A DNA stretch of 63,939 bases, filler included, from Polymyxa betae A26-41 (GCA_003693705.1; 7 parts of 7 records of this genome joined end to end with filler, not necessarily neighbours in it); one strand, 5' to 3'. Positions 48,142-60,443 are shown, numbered from the whole stretch's first letter. The notes: generated from the letters alone by a model not told the origin. Made by a program: numbers and translations.

Positions 48142-48735
48142 ATGGTATCGTTACATCAGTTCCAGCTATCTCATCATGATCGTATCGAGCACAGCAGCAG
48201 CGACACCGAGTCCGACCCCATGCCTAACGTGACATCCTCAGTAGAACATGATGACTGCGAGGTTACATCGCCCTGTTCCAGCTCTACTCCGAGCAGTCCT
48301 GTATTTGAAGTGACAGGCTCCGACTCAGAATCACCCCCTGTCACCAAACGACCCCGGAAATCTACCAATGTGGCATGCACTAAGTGTGTCGAGGCCAAAT
48401 ATCGATGTGGGACAGCACGACCCTGTCTGCGATGTGTACGACGTGGAGAAGGACATCTATGCCAAGATCGTCCTATCTCTCCTACTAAGCCGATTAGTAA
48501 AGGGCGACGAACGCCTATCAGAAGATCCCGCACACGTCATGTGGCTGTTTGTAATAGGGCGCTGCGGCCTCGCCGTGGTGTGGTGTCGGCCCCAAGCCCC
48601 CAACAGTTGAAAGCAGAGGAGGCTGAGGTGGCTCCAGCTGGAAGTGCAGCTCTACCAGTAAATCTCCATGAGCCAATCCAAGCACTGTTTTATGCTGTGC
48701 ATCTTGTTGTTACTGGACAACTAGTAATAGCATAA
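48142..48735 (+). CDS. Zn(II)2Cys6 binuclear-cluster DNA-binding protein
   Basis: ACTKCVEAKYRCGTARPCLRCVRRGEGHLC fits CX2CX6CX5CX2CX8C; basic KRPRK upstream. Confidence 0.8.
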   Translation: MVSLHQFQLSHHDRIEHSSSDTESDPMPNVTSSVEHDDCEVTSPCSSSTPSSPVFEVTGSDSESPPVTKRPRKSTNVACTKCVEAKYRCGTARPCLRCVRRGEGHLCQDRPISPTKPISKGRRTPIRRSRTRHVAVCNRALRPRRGVVSAPSPQQLKAEEAEVAPAGSAALPVNLHEPIQALFYAVHLVVTGQLVIA

Positions 48736-49604
48736 TCATCTCTGCTCTGTATAAAACTGTACCCTTCATCTATTCAATCAACCAAATAAACATGTCGTAC
48801 ATCTTTTGTATTTATTATGGCAAATTACACTTTACAATCCAAGATGCGACTACAGACCGCATCAAGATCACGATTGACAAGACTCGATAGTGATGTAAGA
48901 GCTATTGTGGTTACATTCGAGAGCCGGCCCTATGTATGGCTCGGTCGCTTTGTTGCCGGCCGGTCAAACGTCGCTCTGCAGAATACTGCAAGAGGTGGGC
49001 CTCAAAATATTGCCATAAATCGATTGGGAATTCCATAATATATGAAGAATTCAGTGAGCTTCATGATATAGGACTCCATTGCAGTGGAACAAATCAGTAT
49101 CATGAATAGCTCTTATAGACGTATCTGACCACATACTCCGTTCTACTCGATTTTTTCCAATAACTTGATTGTTTTTGCCTAAAAAACTCTATCGCAAGAT
49201 TTCGGAGTCATTGCGGTATCACTCGAATAAAAATATTCGACCTTAAACATGAATTGCAATAGGGATATAGACTATTAACGGATTCTTAAATAATCCAGGC
49301 CCAATGTGATCTAGTGGAATCGGATCGACAAATTGAATAACATCAAAAGGGCGGAGCTCTATCTACCCTGGCATCCCGATTGAATTCCATAACTATCGAG
49401 AATACTTCCGTACCGAACACATAAACCATGAACTTTGAACTCTCGAAACTCTGTCCTGTATTGTAAGCAGTGAACATATTGGGGGCCGCGCAACCACCAT
49501 CACTATCACATCTCCCTCCGCACTTTATTTGAAGGGTGTTCGTTACATCTCTCTCATCGCACTTCTCTCTCATCACACAATGTCTAAAGGGTGTTGGTCT
49601 TCAA

Positions 49605-50192
49605 ATGGCGTCACATACAGCAACGACTCCATCAACAATCGACGTTCACACCGTCTATTTGGAGATGCTTGCCCATCCACAAGGCCCGGCCAACAATGCT
49701 CCCGCTGCCGACCTGCATATCCGGCGTGCCAAGGCCCCCATGTTCTTATTCTATCGCTATCTCTATGATACGGTTGGAGAGCCCTGGCTCTGGTATGACC
49801 GTCGTCGTTTAAGCCGCCCAGATCTGGAGGCTATTATTCACGATCCACTCGTAGAAGTCTGGGTTATATTCAAGGCCGGGACCCCAGCCGGGTTCGCCGA
49901 GCTCGACCGACGTAATGGTATTGATGTCGAATTGAAATATTTCGGCCTGATTCCAGATTTTATTGGTCATGGTATTGGCCCTTATTTCCTTGATTGGGTC
50001 GTGCGGACAGCTTGGCAGGGTGGCTCTCACAAGGTCACCGTCAATACTTGCAATTTCGACCATCCAAAAGCCTTACGAATGTATATGGAGAAGGGGTTTA
50101 TTCAGGTCAGGACAGAGTCCAAGGCTGTTGCTGATCCAAGAAATAGCTCTGCCATTGTACGGCCTGTTCCTGAACTATACTACAATTCGTAA
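49605..50192 (+). CDS. GNAT-family N-acetyltransferase (bacterial-like, intronless)
   Basis: YLEM...FYRYLYDTVGEPWLW...PAGFAEL..ELKYFGLIPDFIGHGIG...VNTCNFDHPKALRMY..GF; acetyl-CoA-binding motif A. Confidence 0.88.
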   Translation: MASHTATTPSTIDVHTVYLEMLAHPQGPANNAPAADLHIRRAKAPMFLFYRYLYDTVGEPWLWYDRRRLSRPDLEAIIHDPLVEVWVIFKAGTPAGFAELDRRNGIDVELKYFGLIPDFIGHGIGPYFLDWVVRTAWQGGSHKVTVNTCNFDHPKALRMYMEKGFIQVRTESKAVADPRNSSAIVRPVPELYYNS

Positions 50193-52559
50193 CCTTTCAA
50201 TACAGCTGCTTTCTCAGTAGATTTTCATTAACAGTCTGCCAATTTGACTCCGTTAATTAAGATATTCTTCGTTTCCAATCGGGGTGTTTAAATCATGGAA
50301 AGGCACGACAGACTCTTCCAAATTCAATGTACTGTGCTGCAAATTTGAAGCTTGATAATGCTCTTGAAGATATCCATATCGGAATCCACGAATGTCATTA
50401 AGCAGCGATTTTTTCTTTAAATTTGCTCAATATAGCTATGCTTGAGTACAATTATCAGATCATGAATCCAATGCCAACTTCTTATATGGATATTCTCTGA
50501 AGTACCAGAACGTTGATACAAATTCAACCAAGTAGTGGTTTGCAATCCTACAATGAAACAATAACGGATCTGATGACGTATGTTGAAAGCATCATGTCTA
50601 GTGCTCAAGTGAATCATGTCATCAGCATGGCCATTCATTATGTATGGCTCGAAGTTAATTTAGTGATTACAACGGGTTTAAGATTATAAACAAATGGAGT
50701 TNNNNNNNNNNNNNNNNNNNNNNNNNNNNNNNNNNNNNNNNNNNNTTAATTAATTAANNNNNNNNNNNNNNNNNNNNNNNNNNNNNNNNNNNNNNNNNNN
50801 NACCAAGAATGGAGCGGCACCCCGCGCTCCAAATGGGGATGGATTTGTATGACGCACTCCGTGAAATATATGCGACGGCCCTAATGTTCCGTCACATGGA
50901 GCACTGGAGCAGGGGGTCCTATAAACTTGATTGTTCATATGGCAAACTGAGATCTAATTTACACAAAGGGCTTGATCATTATTCCGATTTAGGAAATTCA
51001 CCTCTGTTGAATCCCTGGAGTGACCTAGACGATGCCAACAGGAATAGAAATGGGCATTGTCGCTTCCACTGGAAAGCCCATTGAAGCCAGATATCCTAAA
51101 GAATCACGAGAGAGGGCGATAAACGAGACTACGAGAGAGAAGAGCCAAGAAAAGGCTTTAGAGTTTATAGGTCTCTGCTAGAATGCGGAGCAGCCTCCCA
51201 TCGCTTCTTTCTAAATACTTTCTGAATCCGATTGCCTTGAAGAGCGGGCTTTTGTAATAAATCGTGAGAAACCCTCAGATTCCACGAAACGACATCTCAA
51301 TGTTCCAAGTCTTACATTGACCATGCATTGGTCGCGAGCAAGAGCTAACTGGATATAGGTAATGGACTTTGGACATCTCTGTAGCATCAAAACGGTCAGA
51401 AAAACCCTAGGGTTTAAACATCAGATTGGACATTATTCTGCACGTACAGTATAAGACTGCGAATTTGTTCTGTAATGTGTACAGCTAGCTTGTTATATTC
51501 GATGTAAAGGTGCCAAAAAGGAAGATTGAAAGGGCACATCCGCTTTCATAAATTTCGCACCAGCCTGCTACAATGTTCTGCTATCCACCTTTTGCCCATA
51601 TTGGGAGAATTTCTGTTGGTCAGGGATTGGATTGGATTGAATTGCATTATTTATTCGCACCTTGCGGTGAGGTGGACGGCACAGTTACCCGGGCCTGAAC
51701 ATACGTCCACGTTCTCTTACTTAAATATTTCAGAGATGATTCAGCCCTTGTAATTTCATCATAGTCCAGCCCTACAGAGGACTTAGAGATATTGACTGTG
51801 AAGGCAGCCACCGGTTGGCCCAATCCTACAGGGAGTTGAGCCCTGTACGTTCAAGAGGCTGTCGTTATCCCCTGCTGATCTCCCAGCTTTCTCAAACGGC
51901 TTTTCGTAGCAGTTTTGCCATAATATTGCTATGTTTCCAAAATGCTTCGTTGAAGTTGAGTTTGCGGGCCTGGTTGTATTGGCTTCAGTATTTGCCTAGT
52001 TTCTGTTGCAGTTTTGGTTCTGTTGGTCAGTTTATCCAAATAACAGGATAGTCCACTATCAACATCTCATCTAATCATCTTTTCAAAGGTGGGTTGTTTA
52101 TCAAATTCCAGCACCCTTAGATTTTCGACAGTAACTATTTAGCTCAGTAAAGTTGTTAGTTAGGCTGATAAAGCCACTCCGGCAGAAGCAGGCCATCAGT
52201 GTTCAAGTTCATACAGATCCCCTGTGAAAGCCGACTCGGAATTGATGAATTTTGGGAGATCACATTCACTGACGAGATTCTGAATTGGATTCGTATTAGA
52301 GCGTACCGCGACTCTTCGACCTGATCGAACGAGACGACAGCCAGCTGATTATCGAGCAGTATTTTAGAGGTCGTTGTGTAAGGATCGAGATTGCATTTTT
52401 TTGGCATTTTCGGATCCTTGTTTTTTGATTTAACTGTTTGATAGGACGGCCTCTGGATGGCATTCGAAGTGATATTGTATTGCATCATCGATGCATTAAT
52501 GTTGGGAAACCCTAACCCTAACCTGCTTTACAAATCCACTGCTGCTATCAACGAAATCC

Positions 52560-53210
52560 GCAAAGCAGGGTGATTCAAAACCAGATAGCAATAAGTCCAT
52601 CTTAGAATTTGATCAGCTCCGAACCAGCAATTTGAGTTCAATATGATGAGGATGAAAATGTCATGATTATAAATTTCGGCTCGTGCACAAAAATCAGCAC
52701 CGAAGCTATGCGAAGAACCGAGTTTAAACCTGCTAACCTTATGTGGGCGCTTCAGCTTGCTTGTTTGCGTATCTGACTTGATTATTATAGGTCAATCACT
52801 AAGACGGCTGGATTCGACGGCCCAAAGCTTCATGAGCGCCCTATTATCGGTTGATCGGTAGGAAAACAGCAGCTGCTCTTTTGTGAAATCTCCCGTCGTC
52901 CCGATCTTCAAGTCTAGCTCAGCTGCCTGCAAAAGAGCATCCGCGAGATCGTCCTACGGAGGAGGTTCTTCGTGACGACTTTTTCAAGCAGGAACGTCGG
53001 AAATATGGTGATGAGAATAAGCTGCCGCCCTTCGATGAAGTTATCGACCTTCATGAGTCGTTGAATGAGCGATAATTTAACCTTCATGGGTCGTTGAATG
53101 AGCGATATTTTCGCGACTTCCCGCTTCCACAGGAGAATGACCCTTCTGGCCATTCGTGCTTGGATTCCGACGCTGTTGCTCTTTTAATTTTGTCTTGTTC
53201 ATCAATCCCC
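52560..53210 (+). pseudogene. Degenerate paralog of the 54272-55525 kinase (C-terminal half)
   Basis: Nucleotide similarity, e.g. AATGTCATGATTAT...GGCTC.TGC...AAAATCAGCACCGAAG..ATGCGAAG.ACCGAGTTT and TTCCCGCTTCCACA.GAG.ATGAC; stops present. Confidence 0.75.
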
Positions 53211-54271
53211 AGAATTTTGTTGATTTTATCATTCTTAAGATGTGATAAACAAAGATCTCGATTTCAAAATTGCGATTCAACCTTTAGTAAAACCGAGATT
53301 TTTTAATTTTCAGCCCCTTAAAGATGGGCCCACCGCGAACAGAAATGGGAAGCGGCCGGAACCGATATGATTTTCAGGGCCAGATCATGAGCGAAAGAGA
53401 GATGAGTTTGAGACGACGTCAACGGAGAACCTTCAGAGAGCAATCTGCCACTGAGATTAGCGCAGCCTACCTTCCTCACTGTTAGGGTTTTCTCTGTCAA
53501 TTAAAGTCGCCAGAGGCCTCACGTGATGCCTTACAAAACTTGCCGGGTAACGAAACAACCGGCAGGCATTCCAACGACCGGTAATACCCGGCTTCCGGCG
53601 GTTAAATATTTAAGCCTTCGTTTAAGAATAGAAGTAATCCTCATATGAAAAAATGTTCGATGTTTATTACGAAAGATTTCCAGTTCGTATCCAAGACCGC
53701 TCCTCTCGGATTGTATGATGCAGATCAGACCGAGATCTCATATCTTCGTTCTAATTTACTAACCGTGATTTCCTGTCTGTTATAGTGCTACCCTAACTGG
53801 CTAGAGAGGCCGTTCTAGACGTATTCCTCCTTTGTGTTATTTGAACATCTTTGCTAGCCCCATTGAATTGCTTCGGCTCTCCAACAAACCCTTAAGCTTG
53901 ATAGCGAGAGCAAACGCCTATCAGTGATTATCATGATTCCGATTCCAGAGCTGTCAGTTGGCACCGCGGATCCAAAAATCTGCATTTTGAAAGATCCATC
54001 TGAAGGATAAAGTGATCAGAGCTGTCGACGGTACTGCAGATCATTCCGAAGATCAACGATCTCTTGAACAACGAAGGCTAAAGCCAGACTGACGTCAGCT
54101 AAAGGCGGGTTTCTTCACGACCTTTGACCAGAAACCGGACGTGTCGTGATCGTCGTCACGTCCTGAGTCTCAGCGATCTGCGCGGGTTTTTGACCCGGAC
54201 TGAACGGCGTTTTTTTCGGCCTTTGGCGGGTCTCGCTGGGGTCGTGCTGACCCGCAACCCAAATCGAATCG

Positions 54272-55525
54272 ATGACGATGCTGATCGCTGGCCTGCTGGC
54301 GGCATTATTATGCGTGGAGGTCGCGTTCTCGTCCGAGATCTTCGTTCGACAGCTGGCGCATAAAGGGCGATGCTATAAGAGGCCTTCGTTCGGATCGGTG
54401 CTGGGCAAAGGAGGCCAGGGCGTCGTCTATCGGGCCCATCCGAGCACCGAGAAACACATGACCGTCGCCATGAAGAAGGTCGCGACCGGGAAGTCGTTCA
54501 CCGACGCCGAGATCGAGTTCCTGCAGACGTTCTGCGATTCGGATTCGTATCGGGGCGTCCCTCGATTGTTCGATCTCATCAAAGTCTCTGATGAGAACGT
54601 GTTCATTATCGAGCAATATTTCAAAGGTCGGTTAATAATACTCCAGTCTTCATTACCTTTATTAATATTTTATATTTTTTTTTACTTTTTTTCAAATAAA
54701 TTTGTAATGTTTTAAATGTAGGGTTTAGTTGACTGAACGTTTTGATAGGGAAAACCATCGATCATATTTCATTCGATTTGGTCTACTCGCGCAGCGATGT
54801 CCAAATCTGGGAGGCTCGCGTCATGGACGTACTGTACAAGGTGACGACGATCTTGAACGAGATTCACCGATCCGGATATGTTCATGGCGACTTGAAACCG
54901 GACAACAGTACGCCCTCCTATCAATCAGTCGTTTCGCTCTGACAGTTTCGCGATAGTTCTGTATGATGGTCATGATAATGTCATGATTATCGATTGGGGC
55001 TCCTGCGTTAAAATCAGCACCGAAGACATGCGAAGTACCGAGTTTTCGCCTGCGAACGGCAAGTACGACCGACTGTTGTCGTGCTTAATATTGTCCGATT
55101 TCTTACGTCGTGATTATAGAACGATTATGAGTACGCGCGAGTTTGCCGCCCCAGAACTTAAGGGCTTTCGTATCGGTTTCCCGAATGATATCTACTCGCT
55201 AGGAAAGACAGCGGTTGTTATCTTGGGCAAATTCGATCGGAGTCAATTCCGGCGATTGGCTCAGTTTATTCGGCTGACGTTGAAAGAGCAACCGCAACAT
55301 CGTCTAACAGCGGACGAGCTTCTTCGCCATGCAGTGTTCCAATCGGAACGGCTGCATTACGGAAGCATTGATGAGAATGAGCTGCCGTCCTTTGAAAGAG
55401 TCATCAACCTGGAAGGGTCGTCGAACGAGCGATGGTTTCACGAGTTCCCGCTTCCACAAGAGGATGACTCCTCTTCAAGCAATTCGAAATTTAGTGGACT
55501 ACGACGTTGCTTTTCTGTTGTATAA
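54272..55525 (+). CDS. Ser/Thr protein kinase with N-terminal signal-peptide-like segment, 2-3 introns
   Basis: MLIAGLLAALLCVEVAFS; LGKGGQGVVY, VAMKK, HGDLKPDN, IIDWG, FAAPE, DIYSLG, RLTADELLRH; GT-AG introns near 54627-54749 and 54908-54956. Confidence 0.85.
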
Positions 55526-55539
55526 TCTGTAACATTGGA

Positions 55540-55815
55540 AATCGTCCTCTCTAAATTGTTCAATTTTTGTGTCTAAAAATGCTGAATCCTTCTCATATGG
55601 CAAGCCAAATGGAATCGTGATTCTATTGATTGCTGAAAATCCATACTTTAAGAAGTCCAGCGACGTACTGGAAAATTTTCGATCATGAGATTTTTTTTTC
55701 AAAAATTTGTCGTACTCTCTAGATTGTTCAATTTTTGTGTATCAAACATGCTGAATCTTTCTCATGTGACAAGCCTGAATGAAATCGTGATTTTAAAGTT
55801 TGCTGAAAATCCTTT
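55540..55815. repeat. Diverged tandem duplication downstream of the kinase
   Basis: CTCTA.ATTGTTCAATTTTTGTGT...GCTGAAAATCC occurs twice (about 55548-55641 and 55716-55812). Confidence 0.7.
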
Positions 55816-56420
55816 CTTTTTCATAGACAAGCGACGCTGTATTCTCCCAGATCGTATCAACTTTGAAATCGGATCTCGTTGGTACTTTTAGCATGCAGAA
55901 CGCTTGTCTGGTCATTGCTATTGCATTGCTTGAACCCGAGTTTTACTTTGACCTGAAACTGATAATTCCACACGATCCTTTTCATAACTTTCTTTAGAGA
56001 GGCAGCCTGCCAATATAGCTCGCACAGCTGAGAAAATATTTCGTAGTTTATTACTTTTGTCAAACTGAGAGATCAGCATTAGGAAGGATTTTGAGGCAAT
56101 CGGCAACATCAGCTACCGAAGGCGTCAGATCGTGTAATTTATTGACTGCAACTTTGCTTTTTGATTAAACGATCCTGCAAAACGCAGTCTCCAGACGTTC
56201 TGGAATAAAAAAAAACACAGGTGGCTGTTTTTCACTTGATCTGGAACCTGACACTATCTGCATTTGAACAAGTTCCAGATTCCAGCTGATAACTGCATGA
56301 ATCATCACGACACAAAAAAGCATCTCTCTCATCGTCAGAACTTTGAGTCACCATCTTGAGGAGGAGATTAGATCCTGGGTGCGATACGATTCGAAATCAT
56401 TTCTGTAATTCGCACAAATA

Positions 56421-56540
56421 ATGGGCTTGTTCTCGTTTTTTAAGAAGGCGGCGATGTGTCTGGTCTGCTGCTGGTGTATCGACAAGTGCTGCTGCGATGC
56501 TGATGAATACTCACGTCGTAATCATCACCAACATGGATAA
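56421..56540 (+). CDS. 39-aa Cys-rich microprotein (CYSTM-like), copy 1
   Basis: MGLFSFFKKAAMCLVCCWCIDKCCCDADEYSRRNHHQHG*; paralog at 57083 conserves frame, start and stop. Confidence 0.6.
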   Translation: MGLFSFFKKAAMCLVCCWCIDKCCCDADEYSRRNHHQHG

Positions 56541-56689
56541 CACGACTAAACCGACGCCGGTTCTCCCATCCGAATCCTTTCCATAGTAATCGTCCTAGAG
56601 CATCATTTTTTCAAGGTTCTTCGCTGCAACTGGTCTTAATGTTATCTCATATAACAGCACTTCTGTATCTTGTAACGAAACTTTCTGCG

Positions 56690-56945
56690 GCTTGTAACAA
56701 TACTCTTTGTTTGTTGAAAGAATTCTTGCTTTTGTAACAATACTTTCTGCTGCTTGTAACAATACTCTTTGCTTGCTGAAAGAATTCATGCTTCTGTAAC
56801 ATTACTTTCAGTGACTTGTAACAAAACTCTTTGTTTGCTGAAAGAATTCATGCTTCTGTAACATTACTTTCAGTGACTTGTAACAATACTCTTTGTTTGC
56901 TGAAAGAATTCTTTCTTTTGTAACAAGACTTTCTGCTGCTTGGAA
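56690..56945. repeat. About 62-bp tandem repeat, about 4 copies
   Basis: CTTGTAACAATACTCTTTG.TTG.TGAAAGAATTC...TGTAACA..ACTTTC units. Confidence 0.9.
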
Positions 56946-57082
56946 CAACCAGCTGATAACTGCAGGGATCATTTCGAAAGAAAGCAGCTTCCCTAAAATC
57001 ATCGATTCGGATCGTGAGTCACCATCTCGGTATTCGATCCTGGGGCGATTCGTTTCCCATCATTTCTGTAAATTCACTAACG

Positions 57083-57208
57083 ATGGGGCTGTTCTCGTTC
57101 TTAAAGAAGGCGGCGCTGTGTCTGGTCTGCTGCTGGTGTATCAACAAGTGCTGCTGCGATGCCGATGAACAATCAGGTCGTCGTGACCATTGCCACCAAC
57201 ATGGATAA
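57083..57208 (+). CDS. 41-aa Cys-rich microprotein (CYSTM-like), copy 2
   Basis: MGLFSFLKKAALCLVCCWCINKCCCDADEQSGRRDHCHQHG*. Confidence 0.6.
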   Translation: MGLFSFLKKAALCLVCCWCINKCCCDADEQSGRRDHCHQHG

Positions 57209-57972
57209 CACCAATAAACCGACGCCGATTCTCCCATCCTTATCATAGCAGTCGTCATAGAGCATCGCAGGATCTTCGTTGCGACAGGTCGTACTATCTG
57301 GTTTAGCCGCGTAACAATACTTTCTGTTGCCTGTAACAATACTTTTATAGAATGGCATTGTAGCACCATTTAAGCTGAGACGTTCGTGAGCCTTTCTGAG
57401 AGCGACCATTAAGCGCCGATCTGTTTTTAATCGCTGCTGATCAGATTCGTCTCATCGCTTAATAACCCTCTCGTTATAATGTTCAAAATCCATCAGAATA
57501 CGCTTGTAATCAGGAGGACTATTTTGTTCTGCCAGAGAAAATCTGCTGAGCTGATTGATGGAGGGAAGTGACGTTTGGTCGTACTGGAATCGGACCCTTC
57601 TAAGACCGAAACCTGATTTGCGATTTCGGATGTAGCCCATCTGACAGGTTGGTGAAGGCTCCGGGTTTATTCGGTAAAACCCTAACCCTAGACAATGGGT
57701 GATAGATCCGCCGCCATTCTTGATGGAAGAAATCTCCAATTGAAATCGTGTATTGGAAATCAGGACAGATTATTCGGGAGAATCTCACATCCAAAGGATC
57801 CATTTTCAGCTTGAAAGCTACAGCGCAAATGCGTCGATCTGGGAATGTGATATGAGGCGAAATCAGGCAGGAGAATTGTGCAGCGGAATCGTTCGAAGTA
57901 TTCCTATTGGCCTTTATATTGATTGACAGGAATTGTTATCACTCTTCAGACATCTCTTAATCTGCATTCATA

Positions 57973-57990
57973 TTAGGGTTTAGGGTTAGG
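57973..57990 (+). repeat. Short interstitial telomere-like repeat
   Basis: TTAGGGTTTAGGGTTAGG; related AAACCCTAACCCTA at about 52508 and 57678. Confidence 0.55.
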
Positions 57991-59869
57991 AGCTTATAAA
58001 ATAATTTATTATTTAACTACGGCCGTCGGAGACAGGCCGGCCCTGTCCAGGCGGGGCTACCTGGCAGGGGGTCGGATCGGGGGGCTCACACCGCGGTTCC
58101 CGGCAGTAAAAACCTCCGCCGCCCCACTAGTGGGCAGAGGAAAAGCCTGGGAAAGTACGCCGTGATCTCCGCCTCGTCGCCGATCCATTGGTGGGCTGGT
58201 ACTCGATCTTGGTAGGAANNNNNNNNNNNNNNNNNNNNNNNNNNNNNNNNNNNNNNNNNNNNTTAATTAATTAANNNNNNNNNNNNNNNNNNNNNNNNNN
58301 NNNNNNNNNNNNNNNNNNCCCTACGTCGAATTCTGAATAGGATTGAATGATTTTATGATAATTGTTTGATGAATTACAGATTTCGTACGAGAGTAACGTG
58401 AATATCAGAAGTTCGCTCACCTCATACTGAGAGCTGACGGTGGATGTCTCAAAACGACCCTGCTACGTGTGTTTTATGTCGCACAACTCTTATCTGTGCG
58501 ACTCCCTCTGTATATTCTACAAATTTACTATGGAAAATACAATCACAGAGTGAATCTGTTTTTCAGGAAATCGTATTCGGCAAATATTTTCGCTACATGG
58601 ACAGGTTTCCCTTTTAGGGCACGGGTGTCTTCCCCTTCTTCCGCTGATGCTGATTTTGATGCAGCTCTGCTCGGCTGACATATCGTTTAGATCCTGTTTG
58701 TAGGCCTGCCCTTTGTTCTGACCTTCACAGGATTTTTGATGATGATCAGAGCATCGTCTGCTTGCAGCGCTTCAGATGACTTGATAGCAGTTTGCAACAG
58801 AGCAGTTAATGTCGACTTAACCATTGCTCTGCCTTGCCCCCATTTAGACAGAAATATCGTTCTCAGTCAGAATCTTGGAGACAAAGATTGTATTACACCG
58901 ATGGTTACACATTAATAAGGGACAAGACAGTTGATTCAAATGGCAAAACAAATATTAGATGTGTTTATCGATAATTAGCTGCGTAGAATCGTCATTGCTC
59001 TCCTCATGGATTTTAGGCAGATTTGAGTGATCTCCGGAGTCGGTGGGCTTCCGGGTTGGATATCAATGCTCGCATTCCAATGGCGCTGCTGGTGTACGCG
59101 AAGTTAAAGCAGAGCCACTCAGTTTGGTGCCTAAGACATGGGGCCCCCATCGGCCCAGCCGGAGAAGTTTGCACAGACCCGAGAGCGTCTGTAGGCGCTA
59201 CTACTGTAGATCGTAAGAGAGAGCTTGAGAGGGGAGTCGCACACGTAGCAGGGTCGGTCTCAAAAATGCACGGATGCTTGTCCGTGGCGGGGTCCACGGA
59301 CAGCGCAGATTCATGGTGACACCACATTTCCATCTTGTCAAAACCACCCTCGAATGATATCGCTCGTACTGGCCCTCGTGGCTGTGTTTATTGTTGGTCA
59401 CGGCCTTGGTCATGAAGATGGAATCATTCGGCCGCAACCCACTCAACCCTTTTTGGTGAACATGGAGCGTTCCGACTGTCAGCCCAGTCTGTTCACGTTT
59501 CCTGTATTCGTTACATCTGCTGACATGCTCTAGCTGCGGACTCCAGGCTTAATGCCGCTCTTGAATCTGCTCACGAGCATACAATTGATGTTGGACCCAT
59601 CCAACATCGTCCATCTACTCCGCCACTCTCACCAACTCATGATGTTACAGCTACATTATGTTACAGTTCCACCAGCTCAATACGCTCCTATTCATGTTCA
59701 GCGAGCCCTTCGAAACCGTTTGGTAGAATATATTAAGACATTGTTGCTTTTATAGACCCAGTTTATTTAGTTCAGACTATTTTCCAATATAAATGGTTGC
59801 ACTTTTATTTGGTTCTTTTTTATCAAAGTTTTTAATGTTTTTCCGTGTTTGTTTACTTCTCTAGAGATG

Positions 59870-60443
59870 AGAATTCTAAATAATATGTTTCCTATAACGT
59901 TTTGTTCCTGTTCGCTATACATCCTAATCTTGGTCGATAGTCTCATAGTCTCGTAATGGCGGTGTTCGTGTTGGGAGCCATTCTGGCCATCATCGTACCC
60001 AGTTTGTTAATCTTTCACAGAATCAACTCTGTTCAGCTCACCATTCTGATCTGCGTCTGGATTCTGGCCGCTTTGATCACCTCTGCATCTCGTTTCCTTC
60101 TGTTGGAGGATTTCAATTGCACTACGGCTCTCTCAGTCCGCCTATAACTTATTAATCTCGCTCTTTTTGCTTCAACATCGTCATTCTTTTGTTTTGGTTA
60201 CAAAATTTAAACTTTTTTTTATCAAAAAATGTATCTTTCATCAGTTTCAGATAATTCTTAGGGCACTTTTGCTGGGACGATCGCTGTGCTCGCTTTCCAA
60301 TTCATGGCATCGGCTCCGTTTATCTTATTGTCGGCAATGATAGCGCATCTCCTACCTGTTGCAGTAGGTATTCCCATCATTGTTTTCATGGGCATTGCAG
60401 CATGCTTGATAATCGCCTGTGTTCGATTCTCGTCATCCTTATA
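59870..60443 (+). pseudogene. Hydrophobic, membrane-protein-like coding fragments
   Basis: Several TM-like stretches (MAVFVLGAILAIIVPSLLIF..., ...LLPVAVGIPIIVFMGIAACLIIAC); exon structure unresolved. Confidence 0.3.

Noticed and set aside
52508-52523. True chromosome end
   Set aside because: Only 2-3 telomere-like units embedded in ordinary sequence.
56690-56945. Possible CRISPR-like array (also 62722-62925)
   Set aside because: The units are tandem without unique spacers, there are no cas genes, and the context is eukaryotic.
59013-59700. Possible LINE fragment
   Set aside because: No RT or endonuclease motif could be recognized in any frame.
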